Positions 1 through 10,322 of a DNA stretch of 64,000 nucleotides are shown in pieces. The notes beneath the pieces are model-generated. The model made no database searches, was not told where the DNA came from, and was given only the letters and a program-made list of their open reading frames with translations. The translations under genes and the position numbers were made by a program. Position 1 is the first letter of the stretch. Every line of letters starts with the position of its first letter. Source of the DNA: a virus; IMG/VR virus record IMGVR_UViG_3300049434_000014, positions 64,001-128,000 of that record. One strand, 5' to 3'.

Positions 1-554
1 ATGCTCAGTTTGTTTGGACAGGTAATGGGTTGCTCGTTCCTAGCGAGCCGGGTCCTGTCGTAACAACGGTTACCACTGTAGGAGCTGCGTCTTCTGCGAT
101 TCTTGCGAGGATTCCTATCCCTCCGCAGGGGTTGCAGATTGGTCTCACGATCCGCTGTCGATTCTTTATGTCGAAGACAGCGGCTGGCATTGCTGCTCGA
201 GTAACTGGTGTGAAGATAGGCACTGCAGGCACTACTGCAGATGCGACTGTCAACTCGGTATCTCGCACACCTACTGCTGCTGTCGATGCCGGTTTTGAAG
301 AGATCACGTTTTCTGTATTGGGTCCGTTGGGCGCGACGTGTACGAGCATCATGACTTCTTGTTTGGTCAAAGGTGCTGCTTCTGTCGGTTTTTCTAACTC
401 TGCTCTCGTTGTGAGTTTGGGACAGGGAACACCAGTGACATTTAACTCTGCTGGTCAGACATGGTTGAGTATCTTTATGACTACTGGTGCCTCTGAGGTA
501 GTTACTGTTTTTGCTCCTGTAATCATTGAAGTACTCAAAGGTGCGAGTCCTTAA
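1..554 (+). CDS. Minor tail / tail-fibre-associated protein, C-terminal part (5' truncated by the window)
   Basis: Frame is open from position 3; Thr/Ser/Gly-rich beta-type sequence; directly upstream of tail-fibre genes. Confidence 0.55.
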   Translation, partial: AQFVWTGNGLLVPSEPGPVVTTVTTVGAASSAILARIPIPPQGLQIGLTIRCRFFMSKTAAGIAARVTGVKIGTAGTTADATVNSVSRTPTAAVDAGFEEITFSVLGPLGATCTSIMTSCLVKGAASVGFSNSALVVSLGQGTPVTFNSAGQTWLSIFMTTGASEVVTVFAPVIIEVLKGASP

Positions 555-568
555 AGAGAGACGGTGTT

Positions 569-874
569 GTGTCTATTAATTTCGGGTGGGTTCCCATTCC
601 CATCACTGTCTCTTTGTCAGCGGGTGGTGACTTCACGTCTGTGCTGCAGTCGTCGGTTGCGTGGCCAACGGGTTCAGGTGTTTCGCTGAAGTTTGTAGGC
701 ACTTCCACGACCACGTGGACAGCTGTGATTGCTGGGACGACTGCGACGTTTGATAAGACTGCAGCTCAAGTCAATACGCTTTTAGCTACTGATCAGCGTT
801 CTGTTGAATTGCATTATACCGAGGCTGACGGCTCTGATTTGTTATGGGGTCGCGGAGATGTTCGGGCGGTCTAG
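569..874 (+). CDS. Small virion/tail-fibre-associated beta-sandwich protein (resembles LtfC-like proteins of actinophages)
   Basis: ITVSLSAGGDF...WPTG...LLWGRGDV pattern; position in the tail-fibre module. Confidence 0.45.
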   Translation: MSINFGWVPIPITVSLSAGGDFTSVLQSSVAWPTGSGVSLKFVGTSTTTWTAVIAGTTATFDKTAAQVNTLLATDQRSVELHYTEADGSDLLWGRGDVRAV

Positions 875-876
875 AC

Positions 877-2781
877 ATGTCGCTTGATCTGGCGCCTGGC
901 ACGACTATTGAGGTTGAGCCTCCTGCCGCTCCGGTGTTGGTTGCCTCGCCTCCCGTAGCGGCTGCTCTTGCTGTCTCGACGTTGCCGACGTCGACGGTGT
1001 TAGTTGAGCTGCCTTCGATTGCTGCGTTGGTGATGGGTCCGTTGCCGTCTTCGACGGTCGCTGTGTTGCCCGTAGCCGGTCCTCCTGGCCCTGCGGGCTC
1101 GGTCACGACGCACACTCATAACTATGTGGATCTGACGGGCTCGGTTCCCCAAGCTGCGCTGCCTGCTGTGGCGTTGATTAACTTCTTGGGCACGGCTAGT
1201 TCGCAGGCTGGAATGCTCGCGTTGGGCGGGCAGCGTGGTGACTGGGCCACGCGTACTGATCTCGGCACTGATTGGCAGTTGATTGCTGACGATCCCACGT
1301 TGATTGGTTCGTGGCGTGAGCATGTTTATCCTGTGTCATCAGTAGCTGGCCGCACGGGTGCGATTGTTTTAGTGAAAGGTGATGTTGGGCTTGGCAATGT
1401 AGATAATACTTCTGATGCCAGTAAGCCTGTTAGCACTGCGCAGGCTGTCGCTGATGCATTAAATATTCTGAAGTCTTCATTTACTGCCAAAGGTGATCTG
1501 TTAGTTGGATCTGGTGCTGGCACGCTGGTTGCGTTAGGTGTTGGGCTCGCAGGTCAGACATTGATTCCTGATGATACGACGACTTCTGGTGTGAAGTGGG
1601 GAGCGCTGACGGGTGGCGCTTCTGATGCGACGACGGCTTCGAAGGGCATTGTTCAGCTGGCTGGCGATCTCGCGGGTACGGCTGCGTTGCCAACGGTGCC
1701 TGGTTTGGCTACTAAGGTTGGTACGAGTGATTCTCGCCTTACTGACTCGCGTGCGCCAACGGGCACGGCTGGCGGAGATCTGGCTGGCACTTATCCCAAC
1801 CCGACGATAAAGGCTGCTCTCGTTGATCCTGTGGCTGCAACGGCTGGTTTGCGCACGTTGGGGACGGGTGCTCAGCAGGCAGCGGCTGGTAATGATTCAC
1901 GGTTGTCTGATACGCGTACGCCTGTTGCACACACTCACGTTGAAACTGAAATCGCGAGCCTGATTACTGATCTGGCTGCAAAGGTTCCAACCACTCGTAG
2001 CATTACGGTTGGTACGGGATTAACGGGTGGTGGCGATTTAACGGTCAACCGTTCGTTTAGCATCGCTGCGGGTGGTGTTGGTAGCAATGAGGTCGCGGCT
2101 GCCATTAAGGATCCCGTTGCTGCAACGGCGGGATTGCGCACGCTTGGCACGGGATCAGCTCAGGCTGCAGCTGGTAACCATACGCATACGCTTACTTCCA
2201 TTCCTGTGGTGTCTTCGACAGCGTCGATTGCTTCACCGTTCACTGGTGAAGTTATCTTTAACACCACTGACAATATGCTTTATCGATATGATGGTGCTGC
2301 GTGGGTCGCTTTTCTTGCAACGGGTGGTGGCACTGCAGCGACTACGCATGAGGCTCGCTATAATCAAACAGCTGGCCAAACTTTCACGACTGGTGTTGAT
2401 ACGAAAGCGCAGTTTAACTCTGCTGTCACTACGTGTAATGATGTAACTGTTTCAGGAACAGGTAATACTGATTTCAACTTAGTTAGAGCTGGTCTTTGGT
2501 TCATCACGACTGCAATGCGATATCTCGGTGTAGCGGGTGGCGGTGAGCGCCACATCTTTCCGCAGACTGGAAGCTCATTCAATACTGCGAACCGGCTGTC
2601 TTCGACGGCCATTCCAAATGTGAGCACTTTGCCAGTCACAGTTTCTACTGCTTCTCTCTTTCGTGTTACTGCTAACACAGTTGTCATTGTTGGTTGTTGG
2701 CAGAACTCAGGAGGAAACGTTGTCAGTGACGTAGGCTTTGGTGGAACTAACCATATTTCATTGGTTTGGCTACGTCCTTAA
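877..2781 (+). CDS. Tail fibre protein
   Basis: Collagen-like GPPGPAG; tail-fibre repeats SVAGRTGAIVLVKGDVGLGNVDNTSDASKPVSTAQ and DATTASKGIVQL; internal duplication DPVAATAGLRTLGTG; ATG 877 just after the previous stop. Confidence 0.85.
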   Translation: MSLDLAPGTTIEVEPPAAPVLVASPPVAAALAVSTLPTSTVLVELPSIAALVMGPLPSSTVAVLPVAGPPGPAGSVTTHTHNYVDLTGSVPQAALPAVALINFLGTASSQAGMLALGGQRGDWATRTDLGTDWQLIADDPTLIGSWREHVYPVSSVAGRTGAIVLVKGDVGLGNVDNTSDASKPVSTAQAVADALNILKSSFTAKGDLLVGSGAGTLVALGVGLAGQTLIPDDTTTSGVKWGALTGGASDATTASKGIVQLAGDLAGTAALPTVPGLATKVGTSDSRLTDSRAPTGTAGGDLAGTYPNPTIKAALVDPVAATAGLRTLGTGAQQAAAGNDSRLSDTRTPVAHTHVETEIASLITDLAAKVPTTRSITVGTGLTGGGDLTVNRSFSIAAGGVGSNEVAAAIKDPVAATAGLRTLGTGSAQAAAGNHTHTLTSIPVVSSTASIASPFTGEVIFNTTDNMLYRYDGAAWVAFLATGGGTAATTHEARYNQTAGQTFTTGVDTKAQFNSAVTTCNDVTVSGTGNTDFNLVRAGLWFITTAMRYLGVAGGGERHIFPQTGSSFNTANRLSSTAIPNVSTLPVTVSTASLFRVTANTVVIVGCWQNSGGNVVSDVGFGGTNHISLVWLRP

Positions 2782-2790
2782 GGAGTTTGT

Positions 2791-3045
2791 GTGACTGAAC
2801 CAGTTGGAAAGCCATACGCTGTGACTTGCCAGGCTTGTTTGGTTAAGGTTTGGGAGGGGGATGTTCCACCTGCTGATGGTCAGGTGTTGTTAACGAATTA
2901 TGCTGAGTCGACTCCTGGTAATGCGTGTCCTTCGAAGGTAGCCGGGTGTCCTAATAAAACTGCGGCTGTGGTCGATACAAAGCAATGGCAGCCTGCAAAG
3001 ATACTCGCTCGCCTTGCTGCGTTGGAGGCCAAGGTCAAGCCTTGA
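2791..3045 (+). CDS. Hypothetical protein (possible fibre chaperone)
   Basis: AAGGAG RBS; last gene of the tail module. Confidence 0.6.
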   Translation: MTEPVGKPYAVTCQACLVKVWEGDVPPADGQVLLTNYAESTPGNACPSKVAGCPNKTAAVVDTKQWQPAKILARLAALEAKVKP

Positions 3046-3101
3046 CGTTAGCTCGGTAGGACTGTGCGTGTTGTTACGACCTGAACGGGTGAACGAGGTC
3101 A

Positions 3102-3131
3102 GTAACGTTCCACCGTGTTCTGACGATATAC
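3102..3131 (+). promoter_or_regulatory. GTAAC-N17-CGATA promoter copy, likely giving leaderless mRNA
   Basis: gtaacgttccaccgtgttctgacgatatac, with ATG 8 nt after CGATA. Confidence 0.75.
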
Positions 3132-3136
3132 GGTAC

Positions 3137-3784
3137 ATGAACGCAAACACCACCGCCAAGAAGTCCAACCCAGTCCTCGTAGCTCTTGCAATGAACGTCT
3201 CGGTCTTCGGCATCAAGCTCGTGGCCGGTCTGCTGACCGGCTCCGCAGCGATGATGGCTGAGGCTGCGCACTCTGCGGTGAACAGCTCATCTGAGGTGAT
3301 CTTGCTCGGCGGTGAGCTTCACGCTCGCAAGTGGGCCAAGGCGACGTTCTTTTGGGCGCTGGTGGCTGCGGTGGATATCTTCGCTGTGGGTGGTGTGTAC
3401 GCCGCTTACCAGGGTATCCGGGCGATGCTCGGTAACGAGGTTGCGGACACGCTGACGTGGGTGGCGCTGGTGGTGCTGGCCCTGTCGTTCATGTTGGAGT
3501 CCAAGTCTTTGATCACCGCGCTGCGGGCGTTGGCTGTGGATCGTGGCGACAAGCCATGGTTGCTTCACATTCGTACGACCACCAATACGAGCGTTAAGAC
3601 GGTTGTTTACGAGGACTCGGCTGACCTGCTTGGTTGTGTGCTTGCTGCTCTGGGTATCGCGGCAACGATGGCGACCGGGTCGGCAATCTGGGATGGTCTG
3701 GCATCGGTGCTGATCGGTCTGTTGCTGGTGGGTATGGCGTTGGAGTTGGGAACGCAAAACGTCAAGCTGCTGCAGGCAGCGTGA
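3137..3784 (+). CDS. Cation diffusion facilitator (CDF) family transporter, transmembrane domain only
   Basis: IKLVAGLLTGSAAMMAEAAHS CDF signature, EDSAD in TM5, WDGLASVLIGLLL; six TM helices; no cytoplasmic C-terminal domain. Confidence 0.85.
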   Translation: MNANTTAKKSNPVLVALAMNVSVFGIKLVAGLLTGSAAMMAEAAHSAVNSSSEVILLGGELHARKWAKATFFWALVAAVDIFAVGGVYAAYQGIRAMLGNEVADTLTWVALVVLALSFMLESKSLITALRALAVDRGDKPWLLHIRTTTNTSVKTVVYEDSADLLGCVLAALGIAATMATGSAIWDGLASVLIGLLLVGMALELGTQNVKLLQAA

Positions 3785-3797
3785 TCAGTTTCAAACG

Positions 3798-3838
3798 GCA
3801 ATCGAGGTAGACAGTTTCTTGTCTCCTCGATTGCTTTT
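3798..3838 (+). terminator. Intrinsic terminator
   Basis: gcaatcgagg...cctcgattgc stem followed by TTTT. Confidence 0.7.
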
Positions 3839-3922
3839 ACTTTGCAGCGTTTCGATGCATTGTGTGCACAACTGTGGTTTCATCGTTCACGGGTCTGCGC
3901 GATGACTGGGTAGGAGCGGGAC

Positions 3923-4372
3923 ATGATCTCGGTGTCTGTGGACTTCAGTGATGGCAGCACGTTTACCGTGTCTGCTGAGTCTCCTGTTGCTGTGGTGGGT
4001 CTTCGTGACTTCCCTGAGGAGGTGAAGGTCAGGGAGACTCTGTTGATGCTGGTGGAGGCTCTGTGTTCGTGCATGCAGGTGTCTGCAGACTTCCGTGGTC
4101 CTATGCGCCATCCCGGCATGGCGTCTGAGCTTCAGATGGTGAGGACTCCCTCGCCCGTTGAGGAAGCTGAAAACGAGGTGCGCTTTCAGATGGCTCTCGC
4201 GCGTGCTCCGCATGATTCAGCGGGTGGTCGTGCTCTGTCTGTGCTGGGAGGGTTTATTGCGGACAATGCGTCGTTTAACGATGCTTGGAATCGTTTATCT
4301 CCTGCTCAGCGTCGAGATGCGGAGCGTGAGTTGCTGAGAATCAATCAAGACATGCATTCTGATCAGCCATAA
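3923..4372 (+). CDS. Hypothetical protein
   Basis: ORF preceded by GGGTAGGA motif. Confidence 0.6.
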   Translation: MISVSVDFSDGSTFTVSAESPVAVVGLRDFPEEVKVRETLLMLVEALCSCMQVSADFRGPMRHPGMASELQMVRTPSPVEEAENEVRFQMALARAPHDSAGGRALSVLGGFIADNASFNDAWNRLSPAQRRDAERELLRINQDMHSDQP

Positions 4373-4439
4373 AGACTTAATCGATTTCCCCAGTTTGTTC
4401 ATTCATTTGCCGATCTTCTACTCCGACTGGAATACGAAC

Positions 4440-4856
4440 ATGCCTAAGCTTTTGTTCATCTCAGGACCGATGACGCACATGCCTAATCAGAATCGTGATG
4501 CGTTTCACGAGGCTGCAAAGCGTTTGCGCGATCATGGTTACCATGTGATTAGTCCTGCTGAGCTTAGGCCCGAAGATCATAGTGTGCTTAATCGTTGTAC
4601 GAGAAAGGATTTGCAAATCCTTCTCGCCTTTCCTATTGAAGGTATTGCTACGTTGCCTGATGGGCCTGAGGTCCACCCTGATTTCCCTCCAAGCGCGGGT
4701 ATGGCTGTGGAGCGACGTCTTGCTGACGATGTGCTTAAGGTTCCCGTTCTTAGTGTTACGTCGTGGCTGACTCTTGATCCTGAGGATCCTGATCCCTTGG
4801 GTTTGGAGAGTGCGGATTTGACGATGCAGGATTTGCGTGGTCTCTATGATTGCTGA
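4440..4856 (+). CDS. DUF4406 / nucleoside 2-deoxyribosyltransferase-like protein
   Basis: LFISGPMT..NRDAFHEAAKRLRDHGYHVISPAE N-terminus, S.G..E motif. Confidence 0.75.
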   Translation: MPKLLFISGPMTHMPNQNRDAFHEAAKRLRDHGYHVISPAELRPEDHSVLNRCTRKDLQILLAFPIEGIATLPDGPEVHPDFPPSAGMAVERRLADDVLKVPVLSVTSWLTLDPEDPDPLGLESADLTMQDLRGLYDC

Positions 4857-6687
4857 TCGCACGGGTAGGATAGGTACGTGATTCTCTTTTTGTTGGGTCT
4901 TGTCACTTTCGTGATGGCTGGCGCTCTGGCTGCTTCGGTAGCCATTGCCGCTGCGTCGTTGGTGCTGCTGATGCTTTTACTGGCTCTACGTGGCGTGTGG
5001 CGGCTGTTTCGGCCTGCTCCTGTGCCTGTCCCTATAACGTTTGATTCGTTGCGCTTGACGAGCCCTGTACGTGAGCCTTCGTGGCCCAAGCTGGTCAGCG
5101 CGTTCTTTGAGGGTGTGGTCTCCAAATGAGTGGCTTACGTGTTGTGCTGGTGCTCCCTGATGCTTCTGAGGTTGATCTGTACATGCCTGCGTCGATCGTG
5201 GCTGGCGATGGGCTGCATGTGGGTGGGATGATTTATTACGCGCAGGTTCCTATTTGGGTGGTGGAGCCTTCGGTGTTCCCGGATGGTCCTCCTGTGGTTC
5301 ATCAGCGTGTCCCGTTGCAGGAGCGTTCGAATCGGTAGGACAGGTTATGGATGATGTGGTCACGTTTGTGACGAAGCCTTGCCCTGTCTGCGAGTTGCCC
5401 TCGCAAATTGAGGTCAGCTTCAACGATCTGGAGCGTTGGATCCAGGGTGAGCACATTCAGAATGTGTGGCCTAGCTGGGATCCGGGTCAGCGCGAGCTGT
5501 TGATGACAGGGACTCACGATGCGTGTTGGCAGGTTATGTGGGGTCGCGATGAGTAATCCTTTGCCTCGACCGCAACTAAAATCCGGCACGCCCGTTGAGG
5601 ATGTACTTGTGGAGTTCGAGGGTCGAATTATGCGTTGCGAGGATATCCCGAACCTTTCCGTTCGGTTTCAAGTTCTGAGATCCTTGTCTGAGATGCGCGA
5701 TGAAAACTAGAAAATATCGTCCTCGCGATCCTCTCCCTGATGAGTTCTTTAAGTGTGCACTGTGTACGAACGTCTTTGACACGATTGAAGCATTTGATGC
5801 TCATCGAGAGGATGAATCGTGTTTGGTTATCTCGACTCCTCCCCAGATCCAGCCTTCAGCGCCTCAGCTCAAACGCGTGCAGAGACGAGGAAGGTTGGTC
5901 ATCAAGGGCGCCATCGACTTGCGTCATCTGACGAGGAAGTAGTGATGATGCGTTCTACGACGCCACTATACTTATCGTGGCTGTTCGCCTTAATCATCTT
6001 TACGATTGGGGCTATCCTGCTTCCCTCATCGTGGCCGTGGTGGCTTCTGCGTATCGCTGCCTTCCTGCTCATATTAGGTTTCGTTACGGTGAGTGCGCGA
6101 TGGTATTTGCAGCGTGGGCGCCTGCCGAGGTGGTGGCCGTCGTCAAGGGATTGAGGCATGTGCTGTTTCAGTTACTGGTTGTTGCCACGACGGTCGTTCT
6201 GATCCTGGGCTTTGTGTCTGTGCCGGGGGTGTCGTGGTGGATGACGGCGATTGTGCTGGTCGTTGCGGGAGCTGTGCTCGGTTTGGTGGGTTCTGATCTC
6301 GTTATGTTGTATTTTAGGCGTCCAAAACACTCTTCGCGTCGTTCAGAAGATGTTCGGTGAAAGCTGTAACGTTTCGACCGCGCGCACCGATACACTGTAT
6401 GTAAGGTTCAAACGCCCCCCAAGCCCCAAGGAGTCCCCGATGATCGACACCAAGGTTGCCGTTCCCGCGCTGGTAGCGGTGCTCACTCACGAGGATCGTG
6501 TGAAGGCGCTGCGTCAGGACTGTGGTCGGATCGCTACCTGGATGGTCGTGTCGGGTGTGCTGGCCGCGCTGCTTCTGCTCGTGAGTGTGTTGGTCTGAAA
6601 GTTCCGGGTAGGACTGTGTAACGTTTGCAAGGTCTGGTACGATATACCTAGTGTAAGGCTCAATTCACCCGGTTAAGGGAGATCGAA

Positions 6688-6912
6688 ATGTTCTCAACGT
6701 TGCAGGTTGTGGTTCCTGACGAGATGCGCGAGACGGTTGAGGCTGTGTTGGCTGAGGTCAACGCTGATGCGCCTGCTCCGTGCCTTTCGATCTCTGAGAC
6801 GGACGCCGGGTTCGACGTGCGCGCTGAGCTGGCTGATGTGGCCGCTGTGCGGTCTGCGTTGCAGTACATCGGCGGTCGGGTGTCTGCGGGCTGGCGTCGG
6901 GTGGAGTTCTAA
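6688..6912 (+). CDS. Small early protein
   Basis: Follows promoter copy 6618 and AGGGAG RBS. Confidence 0.7.
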   Translation: MFSTLQVVVPDEMRETVEAVLAEVNADAPAPCLSISETDAGFDVRAELADVAAVRSALQYIGGRVSAGWRRVEF

Positions 6913-7108
6913 ACTTCTTCTGAAAGCTTGTAACGTTTGCGATGTGTGGTACGATACACCTAGTGTAAGGCACCGAACAACCGCAAGGCAGAGCGTCCGG
7001 GCGGTTGGAGGTGGTGGGAATTGTTCGGCAGAGCGTCCGGGCTGGCCTTCCACCTCATCGGTGCCGACATCTAGACATCGATCTTGACATCCGGTAAAGG
7101 AGCAGGTC

Positions 7109-7261
7109 ATGGTTGCGGTTCGCTACAAGGATTGGTCAAAAGATCTCCCCGTGACCCGCGAGAAGGAGTTCAAGTCTGAGCGTGCGTTCCAGTCTTGGCT
7201 GACCAGGGTCGCCGAGCGGGGCAACGTTGAGGTGTTGGCCACGTGCCGTGAGGGTGCGTGA
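7109..7261 (+). CDS. Small early protein MVAVRYKDWSKDLPVTREKEFKSERAFQSWL (not in ORF track)
   Basis: AAGGAG RBS; 50-aa ORF whose stop overlaps the next start. Confidence 0.65.
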   Translation: MVAVRYKDWSKDLPVTREKEFKSERAFQSWLTRVAERGNVEVLATCREGA

Positions 7262-7528
7262 TGCGGGCGCTGTGGGGTGTGCTGGTCGAGTTGTTCTGCT
7301 TGCTGTGGGGTGTGTTCGTAGCGGTGGCGTTTCTTGCTGTGGGCCTGCTCATCGTGGGTGTGACGTCGGGTGAGCTGACGGTGGTGCTGCTCAGTGTGCT
7401 GGCCGTGATCTTCGTTGGGTTCGTGGCGTGGTGTGTGCGGTTGTTGTTTACGGATAGTGTGTAACGTTCCTGGCCCCACGAGCGATATACTGTATGTAAG
7501 CGAACAACAACTTAGACGGAGGCACCAA

Positions 7529-7729
7529 ATGGGCACCACGAAGTGGATCGACGCAAGCAAGCTCACCGCTGGTGCTGAGGTCTACATCAAGCCAGGCTTC
7601 GATACCTACAAGGTGGGTGTGGCGTTCGTGGCGGGTCCGGTCTCTGACGATGGCACGCTGCCGGTGACCTTCGAGGGTAGCGGTCGGGTGGCGTGGGTGC
7701 CGCTGCGATCGGTGTCTGAAAGCCTGTAA
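7529..7729 (+). CDS. Small early protein (SH3-like pattern)
   Basis: GGAGG RBS after promoter copy 7461. Confidence 0.65.
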   Translation: MGTTKWIDASKLTAGAEVYIKPGFDTYKVGVAFVAGPVSDDGTLPVTFEGSGRVAWVPLRSVSESL

Positions 7730-7796
7730 CGTTTTCGATGTATGGTACGATATACCTAGTGTAAGGCAGTCAACCACCCGATCAAGGGAGCTGGTC

Positions 7797-7973
7797 ATGG
7801 ATCCGATTCGCGAGTTCGATCGCACCGAGCGAGTGTTCACGGGACGCTGGTATGTGCTGGTCAAGGTCTATGGGCCTGCGGGTGACTGCACTGAGGTCGA
7901 CTCCGAGACGGGCGGTCCGGGTCTGCGCTATTCGGTGATGAAGCAGTACGTGCCAGCTTCGATGTGTGTCTGA
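7797..7973 (+). CDS. Small early protein MDPIREFDRTERVFTGRW (not in ORF track)
   Basis: AAGGGAG RBS after promoter copy 7726. Confidence 0.65.
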   Translation: MDPIREFDRTERVFTGRWYVLVKVYGPAGDCTEVDSETGGPGLRYSVMKQYVPASMCV

Positions 7974-8068
7974 AAGATCTTCAACGAGCCTGTAACGTTT
8001 GATCCACTCCGAGCGATATACCTAATGTAAGGCACACACGCACTACCCAATCAAGGGAGCTGGTCATC

Positions 8069-8242
8069 ATGGCACGCGAGGTCGACACTTTCGAGTTCCG
8101 CACTTCCCACTGGACCGAGCCTCGCGGGCGTGGTAGCTGGATCTTCGAGAACAAAGACTCCGGTGAAGAGGTCACCTTGCAGGGTCCGTACTCGAGGGTG
8201 GTTCGTCAGCTTCCTGCGGGTAGTTGGAAGGTCCTTCCGTAG
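8069..8242 (+). CDS. Small early protein MAREVDTFEFRTSHWTEPRGRGSWIF (not in ORF track)
   Basis: AAGGGAG RBS after promoter copy 7992. Confidence 0.7.
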   Translation: MAREVDTFEFRTSHWTEPRGRGSWIFENKDSGEEVTLQGPYSRVVRQLPAGSWKVLP

Positions 8243-8258
8243 TTCACTAGTTCGCTCT

Positions 8259-8292
8259 GAGACCGGTTTCCGCAGGTGGGAGCCGGTCTCTT
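8259..8292 (+). terminator. Terminator-like hairpin
   Basis: gagaccggtttcc...gggagccggtctc; a related hairpin lies at 8971-9001. Confidence 0.6.
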
Positions 8293-9050
8293 GCGTTGGG
8301 TAGGACTATGTAACGTTTGCGAGGTATGGTACGATATACATGATGTAAGCGAACGTACGAATTGACGGAGGGCGTCATGGCTCAGCGTAAGTACCGCAAG
8401 GGTGATCGGATTCAGTTTCTGAGCAACGGTGTGCTCGGTCAGGTGGTGCGCAATATGGGGCCTGCTGTCAATACTCGTACTGGCAATGATGTGATTGAGT
8501 GGCGCGAGGTGCTGCCTGACGGTGCTGGTGGGGAACGTTTGGGCGCGGTGTGTGTCCACGACGCGGAGAAGCTTTGGCTGGTCATGGCGGCTGTCTCAGC
8601 GTTTCCCAAGCCGGGTGTGTTGAGGTAGTAACGTTTGCATGGTTCACTACGATATACCTAGTGTCAGGCAGTGCACGGGGTTCAACCCAGGAGGTCATGG
8701 TCATGAAGTTTACTCACCCGGTTCTTGTTCTCACAGCCCTCGAGCTGGCGCGTCGTGAGCCCACTCAGGATGAGGTTCCCCCGAGCCTGACGGTGACGAT
8801 GTCTGAGTTGGATCGGGCTGGCCTGGCTGAGTACGTCATGCAGCGTCGTGGTCGGGTGTCTCGCACACGGGTGCGTTTGACTGAGACTGGTCTTGCTCGC
8901 CTGCGTAGGGCTCGGAGGATGGCTCAGGAAGTCGCTGCTGAGGATGTGTAACGTTTCGTAGGCAAGTACGGAGACCGGTCTCTCACAGGGCCGGTCTTTT
9001 TGCTTGCAGGATCGAGTAACGTTTGCATGGTCCGGTACGATATAACCATT

Positions 9051-9278
9051 ATGAAGAACGTGATCGTGGCCGCGTTGCTGGTGCTCTCAGGGCTTGCCTG
9101 CCCGCTAGCCCAGGCTGTGGGTTCTGACGTCGTGGTGGGGCACACAGCGGCTCTCTCGGTGCCGTTCATCCCGATCCTGGTGCGGGGCGGTGAGGGTTGC
9201 AGCGAGGAGCCTTCTGCGGATGGCACGACGGAGCGGATCTGCGGTGTGTTGGTAGCGGACTTGATCGAGTCTGTCTGA
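9051..9278 (+). CDS. Small secreted protein, leaderless
   Basis: ATG 8 nt after CGATA of promoter copy 9016; signal-peptide-like N-terminus MKNVIVAALLVL. Confidence 0.6.
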   Translation: MKNVIVAALLVLSGLACPLAQAVGSDVVVGHTAALSVPFIPILVRGGEGCSEEPSADGTTERICGVLVADLIESV

Positions 9279-10322
9279 CTCGGTAGGACTCATTAACGAG
9301 TAAGGAGCGCGAAGATGGCGGGTAAGGGCAAGTCAAGTACCGTATGTCAGGTTAATGGGATCACAAGCTTCTATGTCGAGTCTTTGCAGTCTGTTACGGC
9401 TATTGCTACGCAGCAAGGGAATACTGCTTCAGCTCAGGCTGCGGGCGATAAGCGGCGTGCTTTGATCCTTGCTGAGGAACTCTACGTGCGGGCTTTGCAG
9501 GATGCGGAGTATCTAGTCGAGTTGTATGGCGATCTTCTGTAGTTCGGACTTGCGGTTAGACGAGTCTTCTGATTAGGCTAAGCAGCGCCATCGCTGCTTG
9601 GCAGGCTTTCGATCAACAGGGCCACTGAGCAAGGAGTTTCTTATGATGGCCAACAAGGTCTTGCTTACCGCCTATGGACGTGAGGCACGGCGCCATATTG
9701 TGTTTGTCATCATCGTGGTGACGATCCAGGTGTTGGTCTCTATGGTCGTCTTTGTGGCTACGTTCCCTCTGGGCGCGGTGCATTGGTGGGCGCTCGTAGC
9801 GTGGGCTTTGTCGTTTGCTAATGGGCTTCTGCTGATTCGATATGTGCGTCAGGGTCTGCTAGGGAGGGGTGAACAGAAATGATGCCTCAGTATGGCGGCC
9901 TTCCTGTGGTGTTGATTCATTTCGGGCTTGATTATGCACCGTGGCTTACGTTGTGTACGGGTACGGAGTTCGTCACCCCTCGTATGGGTGGGTTTAGCGG
10001 GGAGTATTCGCAGGTCACTTGCCCGTTGTGTCAATACTTCGCGGTGCAGGGCGCTGCTGTGGCTGGGTAGTACCGGGTATGGTGACTTCACATAAGTCTT
10101 TAGAAGAGCGTACCGTTATTGAGGTACGTAGTGCATTGATGGATGCGCTGATATCAACCGATCCTCTGCGGGTCGTTTCTCCTGAGGGGCTTCCTGAGCG
10201 GATCGTTGAGCTGCGAGTTTCTTTGATTAGGAAGATCTCTGATGCTCATGCTGTCGCGCAGCTTCTGGAGACGGAGTATGCGAGGGAGCATCTGCGTCGT
10301 CGCTAGTTGGGTAGTACCGGGT

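Larger units (their letters stand above)
6366..9050 (+). promoter_or_regulatory. Cluster of about 10 repeated promoter motifs TGTAACGTT-N14-CGATA(T/C)AC, often followed by TGTAAG
   Basis: GTAAC copies at 6366, 6618, 6930, 7461, 7726, 7992, 8310, 8628, 8948 (partial) and 9016; the full copies precede short genes. Confidence 0.85.

Noticed and set aside
1825-2180. Internal duplication in the tail fibre as a DGR template/variable repeat
   Set aside because: Both copies are in-frame in one gene, differences are mostly synonymous rather than adenine-specific, and there is no reverse transcriptase in the window
6366-9050. Repeated 40-nt motif as a CRISPR or REP-type repeat
   Set aside because: Spacing is irregular at roughly 250-530 nt with intact genes between copies; the bipartite conservation fits promoters
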